DNA of 64,000 bases from a virus, in the IMG/VR virus record IMGVR_UViG_3300009550_000008; one strand, 5' to 3'. Both the position numbers and the translations under genes were made by a program. The stretch's first letter is position 1. Every line of letters starts with the position of its first letter. Shown here piece after piece: positions 39,976 to 50,649 of the stretch. The notes below the pieces were generated by a model. It made no database searches. It was not told the origin of the DNA and worked only from the letters and a program-made list of their open reading frames with translations.

Positions 39976-40527
39976 ATGGCATTATGGGGAGTATCAGACG
40001 CAGACGAAAGTAAACCAAAATACTTATCGGATGCAGATAAAAAGAACACCATCGCTAAATCAGAAGGTTGGGTACTAAAGAAAACTGTAGGTTCTAGAAA
40101 CCTAGAGGAGATTTTAGTCGCAACTGGAGCAGACCTATCAGTTGGTATTGGACAAGCAGATATAACAGAGATTGATTTCGTTACAACAGCATTTGATAAA
40201 TCAGATGGTGGAACATTATCCGTTAAAGTTATATTCAACGAGAATGTGACTGTAAGTGGAACACCACAATTAACTGTTGTTAACAGTGTTAATTCAAATC
40301 ACACATTATCGTATGCAAGTGGTTCAACAACCAACGAACTTATATTCAATCTTGCAATTGCAGCGGGTAACGCAGCAACTGATGCAGACGATGTATTAAG
40401 TATTGGTGCAAACGCAGTTTCACTTAACGGTGGAACAATCGTTGACAGTGTCGGCGGTGGTAATGCAACCATTACTTCAAGTGGTGCAATAGGAACTGCA
40501 GCTGGAACAATTACTGTTGTAGCATAG
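39976..40527 (+). CDS. Putative structural protein (Ig-like beta-rich)
   Basis: MALWG start; FNENVTVSGTP, YASGSTTNEL. Confidence 0.65.
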   Translation: MALWGVSDADESKPKYLSDADKKNTIAKSEGWVLKKTVGSRNLEEILVATGADLSVGIGQADITEIDFVTTAFDKSDGGTLSVKVIFNENVTVSGTPQLTVVNSVNSNHTLSYASGSTTNELIFNLAIAAGNAATDADDVLSIGANAVSLNGGTIVDSVGGGNATITSSGAIGTAAGTITVVA

Positions 40528-40542
40528 GTTTAGGGGAAGATT

Positions 40543-40806
40543 ATGAAGATTAAAGTTTTAGGTTCAGAAGCTGCATGTGGAACAAGTTCGGGCAATGGCT
40601 CGAGTTATAGTGGTGCAACACATGTAAGAGTAGTTAACTCAGGTTCTACAAACAGATTAGTATCTGTAGAGAACTCAAGTAATTCTCTTATAGGAACATT
40701 CACACTAGGTGGTGGAGCATCTGAAATAGTTGTAAAAACTCAGACTGATGAGGTATTCGCTGCACATGCAGAGGTTCTTGCAGTCGGAATAGCGGTGGAA
40801 AATTAA
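40543..40806 (+). CDS. Putative small structural protein
   Basis: G/S/T-rich beta-type sequence. Confidence 0.6.
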   Translation: MKIKVLGSEAACGTSSGNGSSYSGATHVRVVNSGSTNRLVSVENSSNSLIGTFTLGGGASEIVVKTQTDEVFAAHAEVLAVGIAVEN

Positions 40807-40807
40807 T

Positions 40808-41227
40808 ATGAAAACATTCAATCAATTCATAAACGAAGGAATTGCAAGAGGTTCAACCTTGCAAGGAGCTGGACTAAGTTCAGAACAGATACCTCACGAC
40901 ATCGATGATGTTGATGTTAAAAATAAAGTCAATGCAATTTTGGGACATACTGCAGTATCAGAATACTTGTCACCAAAAGCTGCAGTTGAACAGATGAAAG
41001 CAAAACTTTCTCAACTAGGTTTAAATCCTCAGACTGCAGATGAGGAATTAGAGTTCTCCGAAACTGGAGAATTCGACTTAAACTTCTCAAGATATGGAGA
41101 GATCATTGGTAAAACTGGCAACAGTGAGATTGATGAGATCGAAAAGGAAGAGAAGGTTGTTTCACTTAAGGTGAAATACGAACAACTATCTAACGGTAGT
41201 TACAAGGTATACGGGTCATTAGTATAA
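40808..41227 (+). CDS. Hypothetical protein with a T4-type capsid-targeting N-terminus
   Basis: MKTFNQFINE. Confidence 0.65.
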   Translation: MKTFNQFINEGIARGSTLQGAGLSSEQIPHDIDDVDVKNKVNAILGHTAVSEYLSPKAAVEQMKAKLSQLGLNPQTADEELEFSETGEFDLNFSRYGEIIGKTGNSEIDEIEKEEKVVSLKVKYEQLSNGSYKVYGSLV

Positions 41228-41345
41228 CGGGTCGTGCCGATACTAATCCAAGTAATAATAGATTAGTACCCTCGGGTACTATGAAGTGAATCCAAGTCAA
41301 GGACTCGTACACCTCCCTTCGGGGTGACCTACATACTATTACATT

Positions 41346-41717
41346 ATGAGTCTTTTTGATAAAATCACAGCAAAAAACTTTCAAGCGTTTGCATTAAAGC
41401 ATTACGATGACCCTCAATGTGAGTCTTTAGAAGACTTCCAAGAGGATTTACGAAGGTTTAGATACCTAAAACGGTTACTACACCGTTACCACAACAATGG
41501 TGAAATGAGGGAACGCCTCATGTTAAACCATCTAATATGTCTATTCAATGTCTTTGGTTTCGAACCATGCATGAGAATGTTAAAGTTTAAGATCAAAGAT
41601 GACTCATACTGGACATCCATCAAAACTATGTTACTATATCTTGGTTATGTTGAAAACAACTGGGAACCTGATGTAGAACTCGATCTTTCCCTTGCACAAC
41701 GATTAAGAGAACTTTAG
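41346..41717 (+). CDS. Conserved hypothetical T4-like phage protein
   Basis: HYDDPQC...EDLRRFRYLKRLL...RLMLNHLI. Confidence 0.75.
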   Translation: MSLFDKITAKNFQAFALKHYDDPQCESLEDFQEDLRRFRYLKRLLHRYHNNGEMRERLMLNHLICLFNVFGFEPCMRMLKFKIKDDSYWTSIKTMLLYLGYVENNWEPDVELDLSLAQRLREL

Positions 41718-41735
41718 ATTGCTATAAATAGTTCT

Positions 41736-42311
41736 ATGAGAATCATAGACACATTAATTGTATTCCGAATCATTAAACTGTTAGTCACACCGTTTAATAA
41801 ACAGAAAGCCTTTAAGTTGGGTTTCATCGATTCAAAAGGTAAAAGAATAACTCACAATGAGGATGGAACTAGAAACGACCCATTCACAAAGATGGAGAAG
41901 AGTTCTTATACTCTACTTCATAGATTAGTATTCAACCTTAAAAAGATCATAGAAAAGGTTCCTTTTGGTAAGACACAATTTGCATCATACGCTGTTGCAC
42001 TTGCAATACTAAAGGAACATTGTGAACTATCAGATGACCAAGCAGAAGAACTCTACGAGAAGTTCTATCGTCATTTGAAAGAGACAAACCAACTGAATCC
42101 TGAACACATTACAGAGTCAGTTGGGTTTCCCGTATTAACTAGAGGAACATATAGACTTCGTCACTATACTAGAGATTTAAACGATGAACAACTTGACCCT
42201 AAGACTGCAGTCGATATCCAAGGAGAGATTGCAAAGGTATTTGGAATCTCAGTATATGAGGGTTATGTTGGTGAATCTAAAATCTACTTGAGTGCTGAAG
42301 ATGTTTATTGA
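41736..42311 (+). CDS. Conserved hypothetical T4-like phage protein
   Basis: KLLVTPF...AFKLGFID...HRLVFNLKK; TATAAATA upstream. Confidence 0.75.
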   Translation: MRIIDTLIVFRIIKLLVTPFNKQKAFKLGFIDSKGKRITHNEDGTRNDPFTKMEKSSYTLLHRLVFNLKKIIEKVPFGKTQFASYAVALAILKEHCELSDDQAEELYEKFYRHLKETNQLNPEHITESVGFPVLTRGTYRLRHYTRDLNDEQLDPKTAVDIQGEIAKVFGISVYEGYVGESKIYLSAEDVY

Positions 42312-43032
42312 GTCAGTCCTAGAAATAGTAAACATGGTCTTCAAACCACTGAAAGACCTGAAAGAACCAAAGTATAAGAAGTTAGAGATTTGGAATCAGG
42401 GGTGGGAGACTATCGATATAGGTACACCACCTACAGGAAACGAAGTTGTTAAAGAGATTCATCAGGTACAGGATGAGTACAGAACTGCAACAGACGAACA
42501 GAAACAACAGTACATTAATTGTGATATGGATGCATCATATTACATTAAACTCTACATGGAAGATCATGATTTAGATTATGATGAAGATGAGATTGAATTC
42601 ATCGAACAACAATGTAGACCTATCATAAAACATTATAAGAACTTTTACAATCGACCAAGACCATATCAAGTTGCAGAGGCATTAGATATAGAGTTTGATC
42701 GATTCGTAACTAAAACTGCAAAGACACCATCATTCCCAAGTGGACATACAGTCCAACCTATAGTCGTTGCAGAGTATTATGCAAAGAAATACCCACAACA
42801 TAGATCAGGACTTATGAAGGGTGCAAAGATATGTGGTTATGGAAGAGTAATCGCTGGAATGCATTATCCCTCAGATTATGATGCTGGTGTGAAATTAGGA
42901 GAAGAACTAATAGACTTCCTAAACATGGGATTGAAAGAAGATGCTCCAGTTAACTCAACAGGAGGTGGAATATCCATGCCTCCTACAATGAAGAAAAAGA
43001 AAAAGAAAGATGAAGTCCTAAAACGATTCTAA
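42301..43032 (+). CDS. PAP2-family phosphatase
   Basis: KNFYNRPRP, PSFPSGH, GRVIAGMHYPSD. Confidence 0.9.
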   Translation: MFIESVLEIVNMVFKPLKDLKEPKYKKLEIWNQGWETIDIGTPPTGNEVVKEIHQVQDEYRTATDEQKQQYINCDMDASYYIKLYMEDHDLDYDEDEIEFIEQQCRPIIKHYKNFYNRPRPYQVAEALDIEFDRFVTKTAKTPSFPSGHTVQPIVVAEYYAKKYPQHRSGLMKGAKICGYGRVIAGMHYPSDYDAGVKLGEELIDFLNMGLKEDAPVNSTGGGISMPPTMKKKKKKDEVLKRF

Positions 43033-43038
43033 TATATT

Positions 43039-44220
43039 ATGAAATTTCTGAACGCGTTGGCATTATTAACAAGTCTAGGTATCGCAGGTATCGCTGCATA
43101 CTTTTCTGTATTAGGACTTGCAACTATATTTGCTGGTGCATATCTCGGTGTCATTATCATGGCATCAACCCTAGAGTTTGGTAAGATAGTTACAGCTGCA
43201 TATGTACATATCTTTTGGGACAAACTCAATTCAATCAAATACTATCTCTCATTCTCAGTCTTTGTATTGATGTTAATTACATCACTAGGTATATTCGGTT
43301 ACCTTGCAAAGGCATCCAGTGACACATCATACGAGACAGCAGCTGCACAACAAGAGATCGATAACATCGATAGAAAGATCGGTAGAGAAGAACTACAACT
43401 ATCTCTAATCAACGACAGAATCGATAGTTTATCAGAGGGTGGAGTAGATGTAACAGACTCAGTGAATGCACAAATAGTAATCAGAGATGGTGCATGGGAC
43501 AGAGTACAGGGTGATATAGACTATGCACAGGAACAGATCAATAGTCTAAGAAGTGAATTGACTGCATTAGATACTGCCGTATCAGAACTCAGAGACAAGG
43601 GTGTAGAAGTAATTACACTGGACGAGGGTGGTGTCTTTAGACAAGGTGAAACAGAGAAGATAGATTATGTTGCACAGGCAGATCAATTGTATGAACAACA
43701 GTCAGAACAAAGAGAACAGATTCGTGCAGACATAAAAGCACAACAGGATAACATAGACAAGTATAGAGAACAAGCACAGACAACCATCAATGGTGCGAAT
43801 GCAGAGATCAGTCGATTAAGGAACCTATCAACAGGTGATGCAGAGGAAAAAATCCAAGAGATTGAGAAATACAATGGACAAATCGATGACATCTATGATA
43901 TAATACAAGAACTCAGGGAAGAGAAGTTTCCTTTTGAACAGGAGATTCTCGGATTCGAGAGAGAAGTAGGGCCAATTAAGTATATTGCAGAGGTTATATA
44001 CGGACAGGATGAATCTGTCAAGTACCTTGACAACGCTATTAGAGCGGTCATTTTTGCCCTAATATTCGTATTTGACCCGCTGGCAATACTTCTTCTCATC
44101 ACATCAGTCGGACTGATTGCTCGGAGAATAGAGGAAGAGAAACCCAAGGTGGTGGAGAACAGATATGTTATCCAAGTCCCTAAGAAGAAGTTAGAAGAAA
44201 TACAGAAAAACACCTTGTAA
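43039..44220 (+). CDS. Multi-TM coiled-coil membrane protein
   Basis: Three N-terminal TMs, long coiled coil, EVGPIKYIAE, FVFDPLA. Confidence 0.75.
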   Translation: MKFLNALALLTSLGIAGIAAYFSVLGLATIFAGAYLGVIIMASTLEFGKIVTAAYVHIFWDKLNSIKYYLSFSVFVLMLITSLGIFGYLAKASSDTSYETAAAQQEIDNIDRKIGREELQLSLINDRIDSLSEGGVDVTDSVNAQIVIRDGAWDRVQGDIDYAQEQINSLRSELTALDTAVSELRDKGVEVITLDEGGVFRQGETEKIDYVAQADQLYEQQSEQREQIRADIKAQQDNIDKYREQAQTTINGANAEISRLRNLSTGDAEEKIQEIEKYNGQIDDIYDIIQELREEKFPFEQEILGFEREVGPIKYIAEVIYGQDESVKYLDNAIRAVIFALIFVFDPLAILLLITSVGLIARRIEEEKPKVVENRYVIQVPKKKLEEIQKNTL

Positions 44221-44250
44221 AAACCACATCCCTACTGTATAATAGTAGAT

Positions 44251-45276
44251 ATGCTATGGTTGGAAAGGAAATACCTTTCACAGGTTGTGTCACTTCTAGA
44301 CTCGGCCAAGTGGAAGAATGAGAATACACTAAATCACCGTTGTCCTTATTGTGGAGATTCCCAAAAGAATCAATACAAGGCAAGGGGATTCCACTTTACC
44401 GTGGAACAAAACTTCGTATACAAGTGTCATAATTGTGGTAAATCTACCTCAAGTGTGAACTTCCTCAAAGATCACTTCCCAGTTATTCATAAAGAATATA
44501 TAAAAGAATGGCTAGCAGAACAAGGTAAGAAACCAAGAACAAAAAAACAGAGAAGTAGTAATGATTTTAAGTTTACTCCGCGAAAAGAACTTCTAAATAT
44601 GAAAGAAGTCGATTTGACAGCATTATGTTTTCGTGCAAATGAGAAGGCAGTATCGAGGGATTATCTTGAATCAAGACAGGTTCCCAAAGAACAGATAGAA
44701 AAACTATGGTTTGTGTCTCAAGCACAAACACTTGCTGGATTCTCAGAAAAGTACAAGAGTAGGGTTCTTGGTAATGACCCTCGAATCGTCATTCCATTCT
44801 ATGCACAGGATGGAGAATTGATTGGTGTCAGTGGTCGTGCAATAAATGATTCACCATTGAGATATTTAACCATGAGATTCGTAGATGATGTTCCACTTAT
44901 CTACAACATTAATAATGTGGACAAAACAAAAACTATCTTTGTGACAGAAGGCCCACTAGATAGTTTATTCCTTCCAAACAGTATTTCAGTCGGTGGAAGT
45001 GATTTTAAGAAATTAGATAGAGAATTAAAAGACAAAGCAATACTCGTATATGATAACGAACCAAGAAGTACAGAAATAATTAAAAAGATCACCGAGGTCA
45101 TTGATGACGGGTGGTCAGTCTGTATATGGAATGATAGAAGGATATCAGATTATAAAGATATCAATGATATGATTCAAGGTGGGTTGACTCAGGATGAGAT
45201 TGTGGAGATCATTACTTCGAATACTTACAGTGGCCTGTCAGCAAAAACAAAACTATCGGAGTATAAAAGAACATGA
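44251..45276 (+). CDS. 61: DNA primase (T4 gp61)
   Basis: RCPYCGDS, KCHNCG, TEGPLDS, YDNEPR, KDIND. Confidence 0.95.
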   Translation: MLWLERKYLSQVVSLLDSAKWKNENTLNHRCPYCGDSQKNQYKARGFHFTVEQNFVYKCHNCGKSTSSVNFLKDHFPVIHKEYIKEWLAEQGKKPRTKKQRSSNDFKFTPRKELLNMKEVDLTALCFRANEKAVSRDYLESRQVPKEQIEKLWFVSQAQTLAGFSEKYKSRVLGNDPRIVIPFYAQDGELIGVSGRAINDSPLRYLTMRFVDDVPLIYNINNVDKTKTIFVTEGPLDSLFLPNSISVGGSDFKKLDRELKDKAILVYDNEPRSTEIIKKITEVIDDGWSVCIWNDRRISDYKDINDMIQGGLTQDEIVEIITSNTYSGLSAKTKLSEYKRT

Positions 45277-47579
45277 ATCAGAACGGTAATGGTGGAATCA
45301 AAGTTGTCAAGTCAGACGGAAGTAAAGTATCAATCGATCTAGATAAGATTCACAGAATGGTAGAGAAAGCCTGTAGGAATATTACAGGTGTATCAGAATC
45401 GATGATTGAAATGAACAGTGGTCTTCAATTCTATGAAGGTATATCTACACGGGAGATTCAATCTATATTGGTTAAATCTGCACATGACTTGATTGATGTT
45501 ACTAATCCTAATTACCAGTTTGTAGCTGCAAGACTATTACTATTTGCAATTCAGAAACAAGTATTCAATACCAAGTGGAAGGACAGTGAAATCTATCCAC
45601 CACTTGATGATATCATCAGAAGGAACATTGACGCTGGTGTATATGACTCTCAGATTCTAGAACAGTATGATGAGGATGAGATCAATCGATGTAACAGTTT
45701 TATTAAACATTCAAGAGATTTAAACTTTACCTATGCTGGACTACAACAGATTGTAGACAAGTATTTGGTACAAGATAGATCAAGTGGTGAGGTATTTGAG
45801 ACACCACAATTTATGTACATGCTTATTGCAATGACATTATTTCAACATTACGACAAAGAGGTCAGACTAGACTATGTCAAACGATACTATGATGCCATAT
45901 CAAATTTCAAAATTAACATACCGACACCTATCATGGCAGGGGTCAGAACTCCACTCAGACAATTTGCAAGCTGTGTTCTCGTTGACTCCGATGATTCACT
46001 ACAGAGTATATTCTCCAGTGACCATGCGATTGGAAAGTATGTTGCACAACGAGCTGGGATTGGAATTAACGCTGGGAGAATTAGAGGAATTGGCTCTAAA
46101 ATTAGGGGAGGTGAAGTCCAACATACAGGAGTTATCCCATTCCTTAAGAAGTTTGAAAGCACAGTTAGGTGTTGCACACAAAATGGAGTCAGAGGAGGTT
46201 CAGCAACCGTCCACTTCCCAATCTGGCACCAAGAAATCGAAGACATCCTTGTCCTCAAAAACAACAAAGGAACCGAAGACAACAGAGTTCGTAAGTTGGA
46301 CTACTCAATACAACTTTCCCAAATCTTTTATCAAAGATTTTTGGAAAACGGAGAAATAACTTTATTCTCTCCACATGATGTGCCTGGCTTGTATGAAGCA
46401 TTTGGTACAGATGAGTTCGATGAATTGTATACAAAGTATGAGAATGCATATTCAATACCTAAGACAAAGATAGGTGCAAGAGAACTCTTTACAGACTTAT
46501 TGAAAGAACGAGCAGAGACTGGCCGTATCTACATTATGAATATAGATCATAGTAATACTCATAGTTCATTTAAAGACAAAGTGAACATGAGTAATCTATG
46601 TCAAGAGATAACATTACCTACAGACCCAATCGATCATATCGATGGAGAGGGTGAGATTGCATTGTGTATACTATCTGCAGTCAATGTAGGTATTGTTAAG
46701 GAAGAAGAAATGGAATCTCTTTGTGACCTAGCAGTGAGAGGACTTGAAGAACTGATAGATTTCCAAGAATATCCAGTAAAAGCTGCAGAACGATCAACCC
46801 TTGCAAGACGAAGTCTTGGTATTGGTTATATCGGACTGGCACATTTCCTTGCAAAAAACAAGGTAAAGTACGATGACCCTAAAGCTTTAGAACTGGTACA
46901 CGATCTTACAGAGAGGTTTCAATTCTATCTTCTTAAATCGTCAAACAAAATTGCACAAGAGAAAAGTGCTTGTGCATGGTTTGATAGAACAAAGTATGCA
47001 GATGGGATACTTCCCATTGACACATACAAAGATTCCGTTGACGAACTTGTTAAACCAAAATACAAGATGGACTGGGAAGGACTTAGAAAGGATATCCTTG
47101 CACATGGACTAAGACATAGTACATTGACTGCACAGATGCCGTCTGAGTCGTCTAGCGTGGTCTCTAATGCAACAAATGGTATTGAACCACCAAGAGATCA
47201 TCTAAGTGTTAAGAAGAGTAAGAAAGGAACCCTTAAACAGGTTGTACCACAATACTCTTTATTGAAGAACTCATACACCTTACTATGGGATATGCCTGAC
47301 AATACAGGTTATATTAACATAGTTGCAGTGATGCAGAAGTTTTTCGATCAAGCAATTTCAGGTAATTGGTCATACAATCCTGAAATGTATGATAACAATG
47401 AAGTACCAGTTTCGGTAATGGCAAAAGACTTATTGACTACATATAAATACGGGTGGAAAACATCTTATTACCACAACACAATGGATGGTAAAGTAGAAGA
47501 TGTTATGGTTGAAGAACAACCCGTGATGGATGACCCTTTCGAGGGTAGTGAGGAAGACTGCGATGCCTGTGCGATTTGA
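45273..47579 (+). CDS. nrdA: Ribonucleotide reductase class Ia alpha subunit
   Basis: ATP cone, FASC, SNLCQEI, C-terminal CDAC. Confidence 0.97.
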   Translation: MNQNGNGGIKVVKSDGSKVSIDLDKIHRMVEKACRNITGVSESMIEMNSGLQFYEGISTREIQSILVKSAHDLIDVTNPNYQFVAARLLLFAIQKQVFNTKWKDSEIYPPLDDIIRRNIDAGVYDSQILEQYDEDEINRCNSFIKHSRDLNFTYAGLQQIVDKYLVQDRSSGEVFETPQFMYMLIAMTLFQHYDKEVRLDYVKRYYDAISNFKINIPTPIMAGVRTPLRQFASCVLVDSDDSLQSIFSSDHAIGKYVAQRAGIGINAGRIRGIGSKIRGGEVQHTGVIPFLKKFESTVRCCTQNGVRGGSATVHFPIWHQEIEDILVLKNNKGTEDNRVRKLDYSIQLSQIFYQRFLENGEITLFSPHDVPGLYEAFGTDEFDELYTKYENAYSIPKTKIGARELFTDLLKERAETGRIYIMNIDHSNTHSSFKDKVNMSNLCQEITLPTDPIDHIDGEGEIALCILSAVNVGIVKEEEMESLCDLAVRGLEELIDFQEYPVKAAERSTLARRSLGIGYIGLAHFLAKNKVKYDDPKALELVHDLTERFQFYLLKSSNKIAQEKSACAWFDRTKYADGILPIDTYKDSVDELVKPKYKMDWEGLRKDILAHGLRHSTLTAQMPSESSSVVSNATNGIEPPRDHLSVKKSKKGTLKQVVPQYSLLKNSYTLLWDMPDNTGYINIVAVMQKFFDQAISGNWSYNPEMYDNNEVPVSVMAKDLLTTYKYGWKTSYYHNTMDGKVEDVMVEEQPVMDDPFEGSEEDCDACAI

Positions 47580-48621
47580 AGATAGGACTATAGAATATAT
47601 CGTAAAAGATGCTCTAGCGAGTGAGAAGAAATCAGATATAAGTGGAAGGACAAATCCTGATACATGGCAACTGATGAAAGAAGGATATGTTGTTTTAAGG
47701 AACTTCATACCTAAAGAACTGATTCAGATTACCATGGACACATGGCAAACGATGGAATTAAACCCTCAGTCATATCCTGAGTTTGGACATAAAGAAAAAG
47801 ATATAATAGAGAACTCACCCGAGGATACTTTATTTAAATCAACTGGAATCTACAATGCACCATTTGGTGTTGCATTACATAGATGGATATGGGATGAACT
47901 GAAACATCATATTGATCTAGAGTTACATGAGACATACTCTTACTCTAGAAAATATGATAGAGGTGCATACCTTAAAGCTCATGCAGATAGACCATCGTGT
48001 GAGATCAGTGGGACATTATGTTTAGATTATAAATCTGATGATAATACACCATGGTCGATATGGGTAGATAATTCTAGTGATTGGATAAACAGACCTAGTG
48101 AAATATATACTGAAACCCAAGAGATTCCTATAAGATATAGGAAGACTGCAAGGAGAATTGATTTAGAGGTAGGTGATCTACTATTATATCAGGGCCCTAA
48201 TGTTGCACACTGGAGAGAGAAACTCTTAGGAGAATATAGTTACCATATATTTGTACATTTTTATAATGTAAATGGACATACTCATATGCTACCTAATTCT
48301 GATTCTGCATATGAATCTGTACCACAGAAGTATCAGTATCGACAAGAAGAGTTTAATCCATTGATGTATGATGGTAGAGTGTCAAGATATCATCCCATTG
48401 AGTATGACTCATGGAGAAGAAAGAGTTTTGATACTTTCATGGGTAATTGTTGGCATAGTCAGGATGCTTGGGTAAACCATAACAAGTCAGATTTTATTAA
48501 TAATTATGAACCATTTGTACAGATAAAAGACGGAAAGGAAGTAGAAGGAAATAATAATTTTAAACCTAAGAATGCAGAGAGAATAGAAGCATTCAAAGTG
48601 AAGAGACAGACAAGAAGATGA
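47563..48621 (+). CDS. 2OG-Fe(II) oxygenase between nrdA and nrdB
   Basis: YSYSRKY...LKAHADRPSCEIS...HWRE. Confidence 0.8.
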   Translation: MPVRFEDRTIEYIVKDALASEKKSDISGRTNPDTWQLMKEGYVVLRNFIPKELIQITMDTWQTMELNPQSYPEFGHKEKDIIENSPEDTLFKSTGIYNAPFGVALHRWIWDELKHHIDLELHETYSYSRKYDRGAYLKAHADRPSCEISGTLCLDYKSDDNTPWSIWVDNSSDWINRPSEIYTETQEIPIRYRKTARRIDLEVGDLLLYQGPNVAHWREKLLGEYSYHIFVHFYNVNGHTHMLPNSDSAYESVPQKYQYRQEEFNPLMYDGRVSRYHPIEYDSWRRKSFDTFMGNCWHSQDAWVNHNKSDFINNYEPFVQIKDGKEVEGNNNFKPKNAERIEAFKVKRQTRR

Positions 48622-49715
48622 CAGTATTTAATAGAAAACAAGTAGACTTCACAAAAGAAAAGTTATTCTTTGGTGAGTCATTAAACACTCAGAGATTTGA
48701 TGATTTCAAATATCCTATATTTGATAAACTAACTCAGAAACAATTAGGATTCTTTTGGAGACCCGAAGAGGTATCTCTACAGAAAGATCGTGCTGACTAT
48801 CAACAGTTAAACAAAGCACAGAAACATATTTTTACCTCAAATCTGAGGTATCAAACCTTACTTGACTCGGTTCAGGGAAGAGCACCATCCATAGCATTTC
48901 TACCCTTTGTGTCTCTACCTGAACTTGAGTCTTGTATCATCACTTGGGACTTCATGGAGACCATACACAGTAGGTCTTATACTCACATCATAAAGAATGT
49001 GTATGCAGACCCAAGTGACATCTTTAATACTATTTTAGATGAGGATGCAATTGTAAAGAGAGCTGAAATGGTGACAGAAAGATACGATCATTTCATAGAA
49101 TTAGGTAGAAAGAAACTATTAGGACTCAAGGTAGATGATTACGAGTTGTATGAAGCATTATACCTTGCAATAATGTCAGTGAATATACTAGAAGGACTTA
49201 GATTCTTTGTATCGTTTGCATGTAGTTTTGCATTTGGTGAGTTGAAACTGATGGAAGGTTCTGCAAAGATACTCTCGCTGATTGCAAGAGACGAAGCTCA
49301 ACATCTTGCAATCTCACAGCACATTCTGAAATGTTACAAACAACATGAGAATGATAAGATCATGAACAAGGTAATGAAAAACAATGTAGATACTGTATAC
49401 AAAATGTATGAGGATGCAGTAAACCAAGAGAAAGAATGGGCAGAATTCCTATTCAAAGATGGTTCGATGATTGGTTTATCTGTACCACTACTGAGTAACT
49501 ATATTGAATTCATTGCAAACAAGAGATTACGAATGATTGGGTTTGACCCGATCTATGATATATCGAGTGCCAATAATCCATTACCATGGACTAAACATTG
49601 GTTTAATTCGAGAGGTCTACAGAATGCACCACAGGAGACCGAGATAGAGTCGTATGTTATTGGTGGAATTAAACAAGATGTCACAGATGACACATTTACG
49701 GACTTTAAATTATGA
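48618..49715 (+). CDS. nrdB: Ribonucleotide reductase class Ia beta subunit
   Basis: FFWRPEE, ETIHSRSY, EGLRF, RDEAQH. Confidence 0.97.
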   Translation: MTVFNRKQVDFTKEKLFFGESLNTQRFDDFKYPIFDKLTQKQLGFFWRPEEVSLQKDRADYQQLNKAQKHIFTSNLRYQTLLDSVQGRAPSIAFLPFVSLPELESCIITWDFMETIHSRSYTHIIKNVYADPSDIFNTILDEDAIVKRAEMVTERYDHFIELGRKKLLGLKVDDYELYEALYLAIMSVNILEGLRFFVSFACSFAFGELKLMEGSAKILSLIARDEAQHLAISQHILKCYKQHENDKIMNKVMKNNVDTVYKMYEDAVNQEKEWAEFLFKDGSMIGLSVPLLSNYIEFIANKRLRMIGFDPIYDISSANNPLPWTKHWFNSRGLQNAPQETEIESYVIGGIKQDVTDDTFTDFKL

Positions 49716-49981
49716 TGAAAAAATGGTATCACATATTATGGGGAAGCAAAGAGGAAGACGAACTTGTAAAAAGAGTTAAGGATGTAGAAGCACAACTACA
49801 TGGGATGGGAGACATCAACGATGAACCATCACAACGACCTGATGCTGACCCTGATGATTTAACAGTAGAAAATGCATACAAAACTAGATGGATTTGGTAT
49901 CACACCATATTAGGAATACTAATGTTGATGGCAAACTTTATCATGTTAGCTATTTTCACACTACTTGCAATCAAACTATGA
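49712..49981 (+). CDS. Hypothetical membrane protein
   Basis: C-terminal TM. Confidence 0.6.
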   Translation: MMKKWYHILWGSKEEDELVKRVKDVEAQLHGMGDINDEPSQRPDADPDDLTVENAYKTRWIWYHTILGILMLMANFIMLAIFTLLAIKL

Positions 49982-50157
49982 AGGAAGCAACAGAAAAGAA
50001 ATTACTACAAGCAGCTAATCTTTCACCAAGTGAAGAGTGGATAGAAAGAATAGTTGAAGTACACCCAATGAAACAGGTTGCAGTTATGTCAGTTGTACAG
50101 ATAGTTGTACTGATGGGGATGGGTGTTTGTATGTACATAATAGGGAGGATATTTTGA
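49978..50157 (+). CDS. Hypothetical membrane protein
   Basis: ATGA-coupled; C-terminal TM. Confidence 0.55.
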   Translation: MKEATEKKLLQAANLSPSEEWIERIVEVHPMKQVAVMSVVQIVVLMGMGVCMYIIGRIF

Positions 50158-50420
50158 TAGAGATATACGGAAAACCACAATGTCCATTTTGTGATAAAGC
50201 AAAAGCATTATGTGAACAAAAAGGATATGAATATACCTATAAACAATTAGGTGTAGATTTTACTAGGGAAGAACTCTTTGAACAGTTTCCAACTGCACGA
50301 ACATTTCCACAAATTAGATTATTGGAATCAAGTAATACTTGGACATACATTGGAGGATTCACAGAACTAGATGCATGGAGTAGTATCAGTGGGAGACACC
50401 TCGTCAATGAAAAGCTTTAA
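50154..50420 (+). CDS. Glutaredoxin
   Basis: CPFC, TFPQI, IGGF. Confidence 0.92.
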   Translation: MIEIYGKPQCPFCDKAKALCEQKGYEYTYKQLGVDFTREELFEQFPTARTFPQIRLLESSNTWTYIGGFTELDAWSSISGRHLVNEKL

Positions 50421-50649
50421 ATTATACCTACCAAAGAAGAGATATCAAGAGGTTGACAGTATGAGACTGCAACATATCTTCAATAGTATTGATAATACAG
50501 AGAACGAAGTCCGTGTCTATATAGAAGGTCAAGACTTTTTCGAGTCGGATGCACCTCATCCATTACCATATGCAACTTTAGATGGTAAAAAGAAGTCTTA
50601 TGAGAACCTTTATACAGAAGCCATAGGAGAAAAGATTCATCATGACTGA
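50407..50649 (+). CDS. Hypothetical protein
   Basis: ORF with GGAG RBS. Confidence 0.55.
   Translation: MKSFKLYLPKKRYQEVDSMRLQHIFNSIDNTENEVRVYIEGQDFFESDAPHPLPYATLDGKKKSYENLYTEAIGEKIHHD

Noticed and set aside
47563-48621. Homing endonuclease or intron between nrdA and nrdB
   Set aside because: The ORF has 2OG-oxygenase motifs and no GIY-YIG, HNH or LAGLIDADG signature; nrdA, nrdB and gp43 appear uninterrupted.
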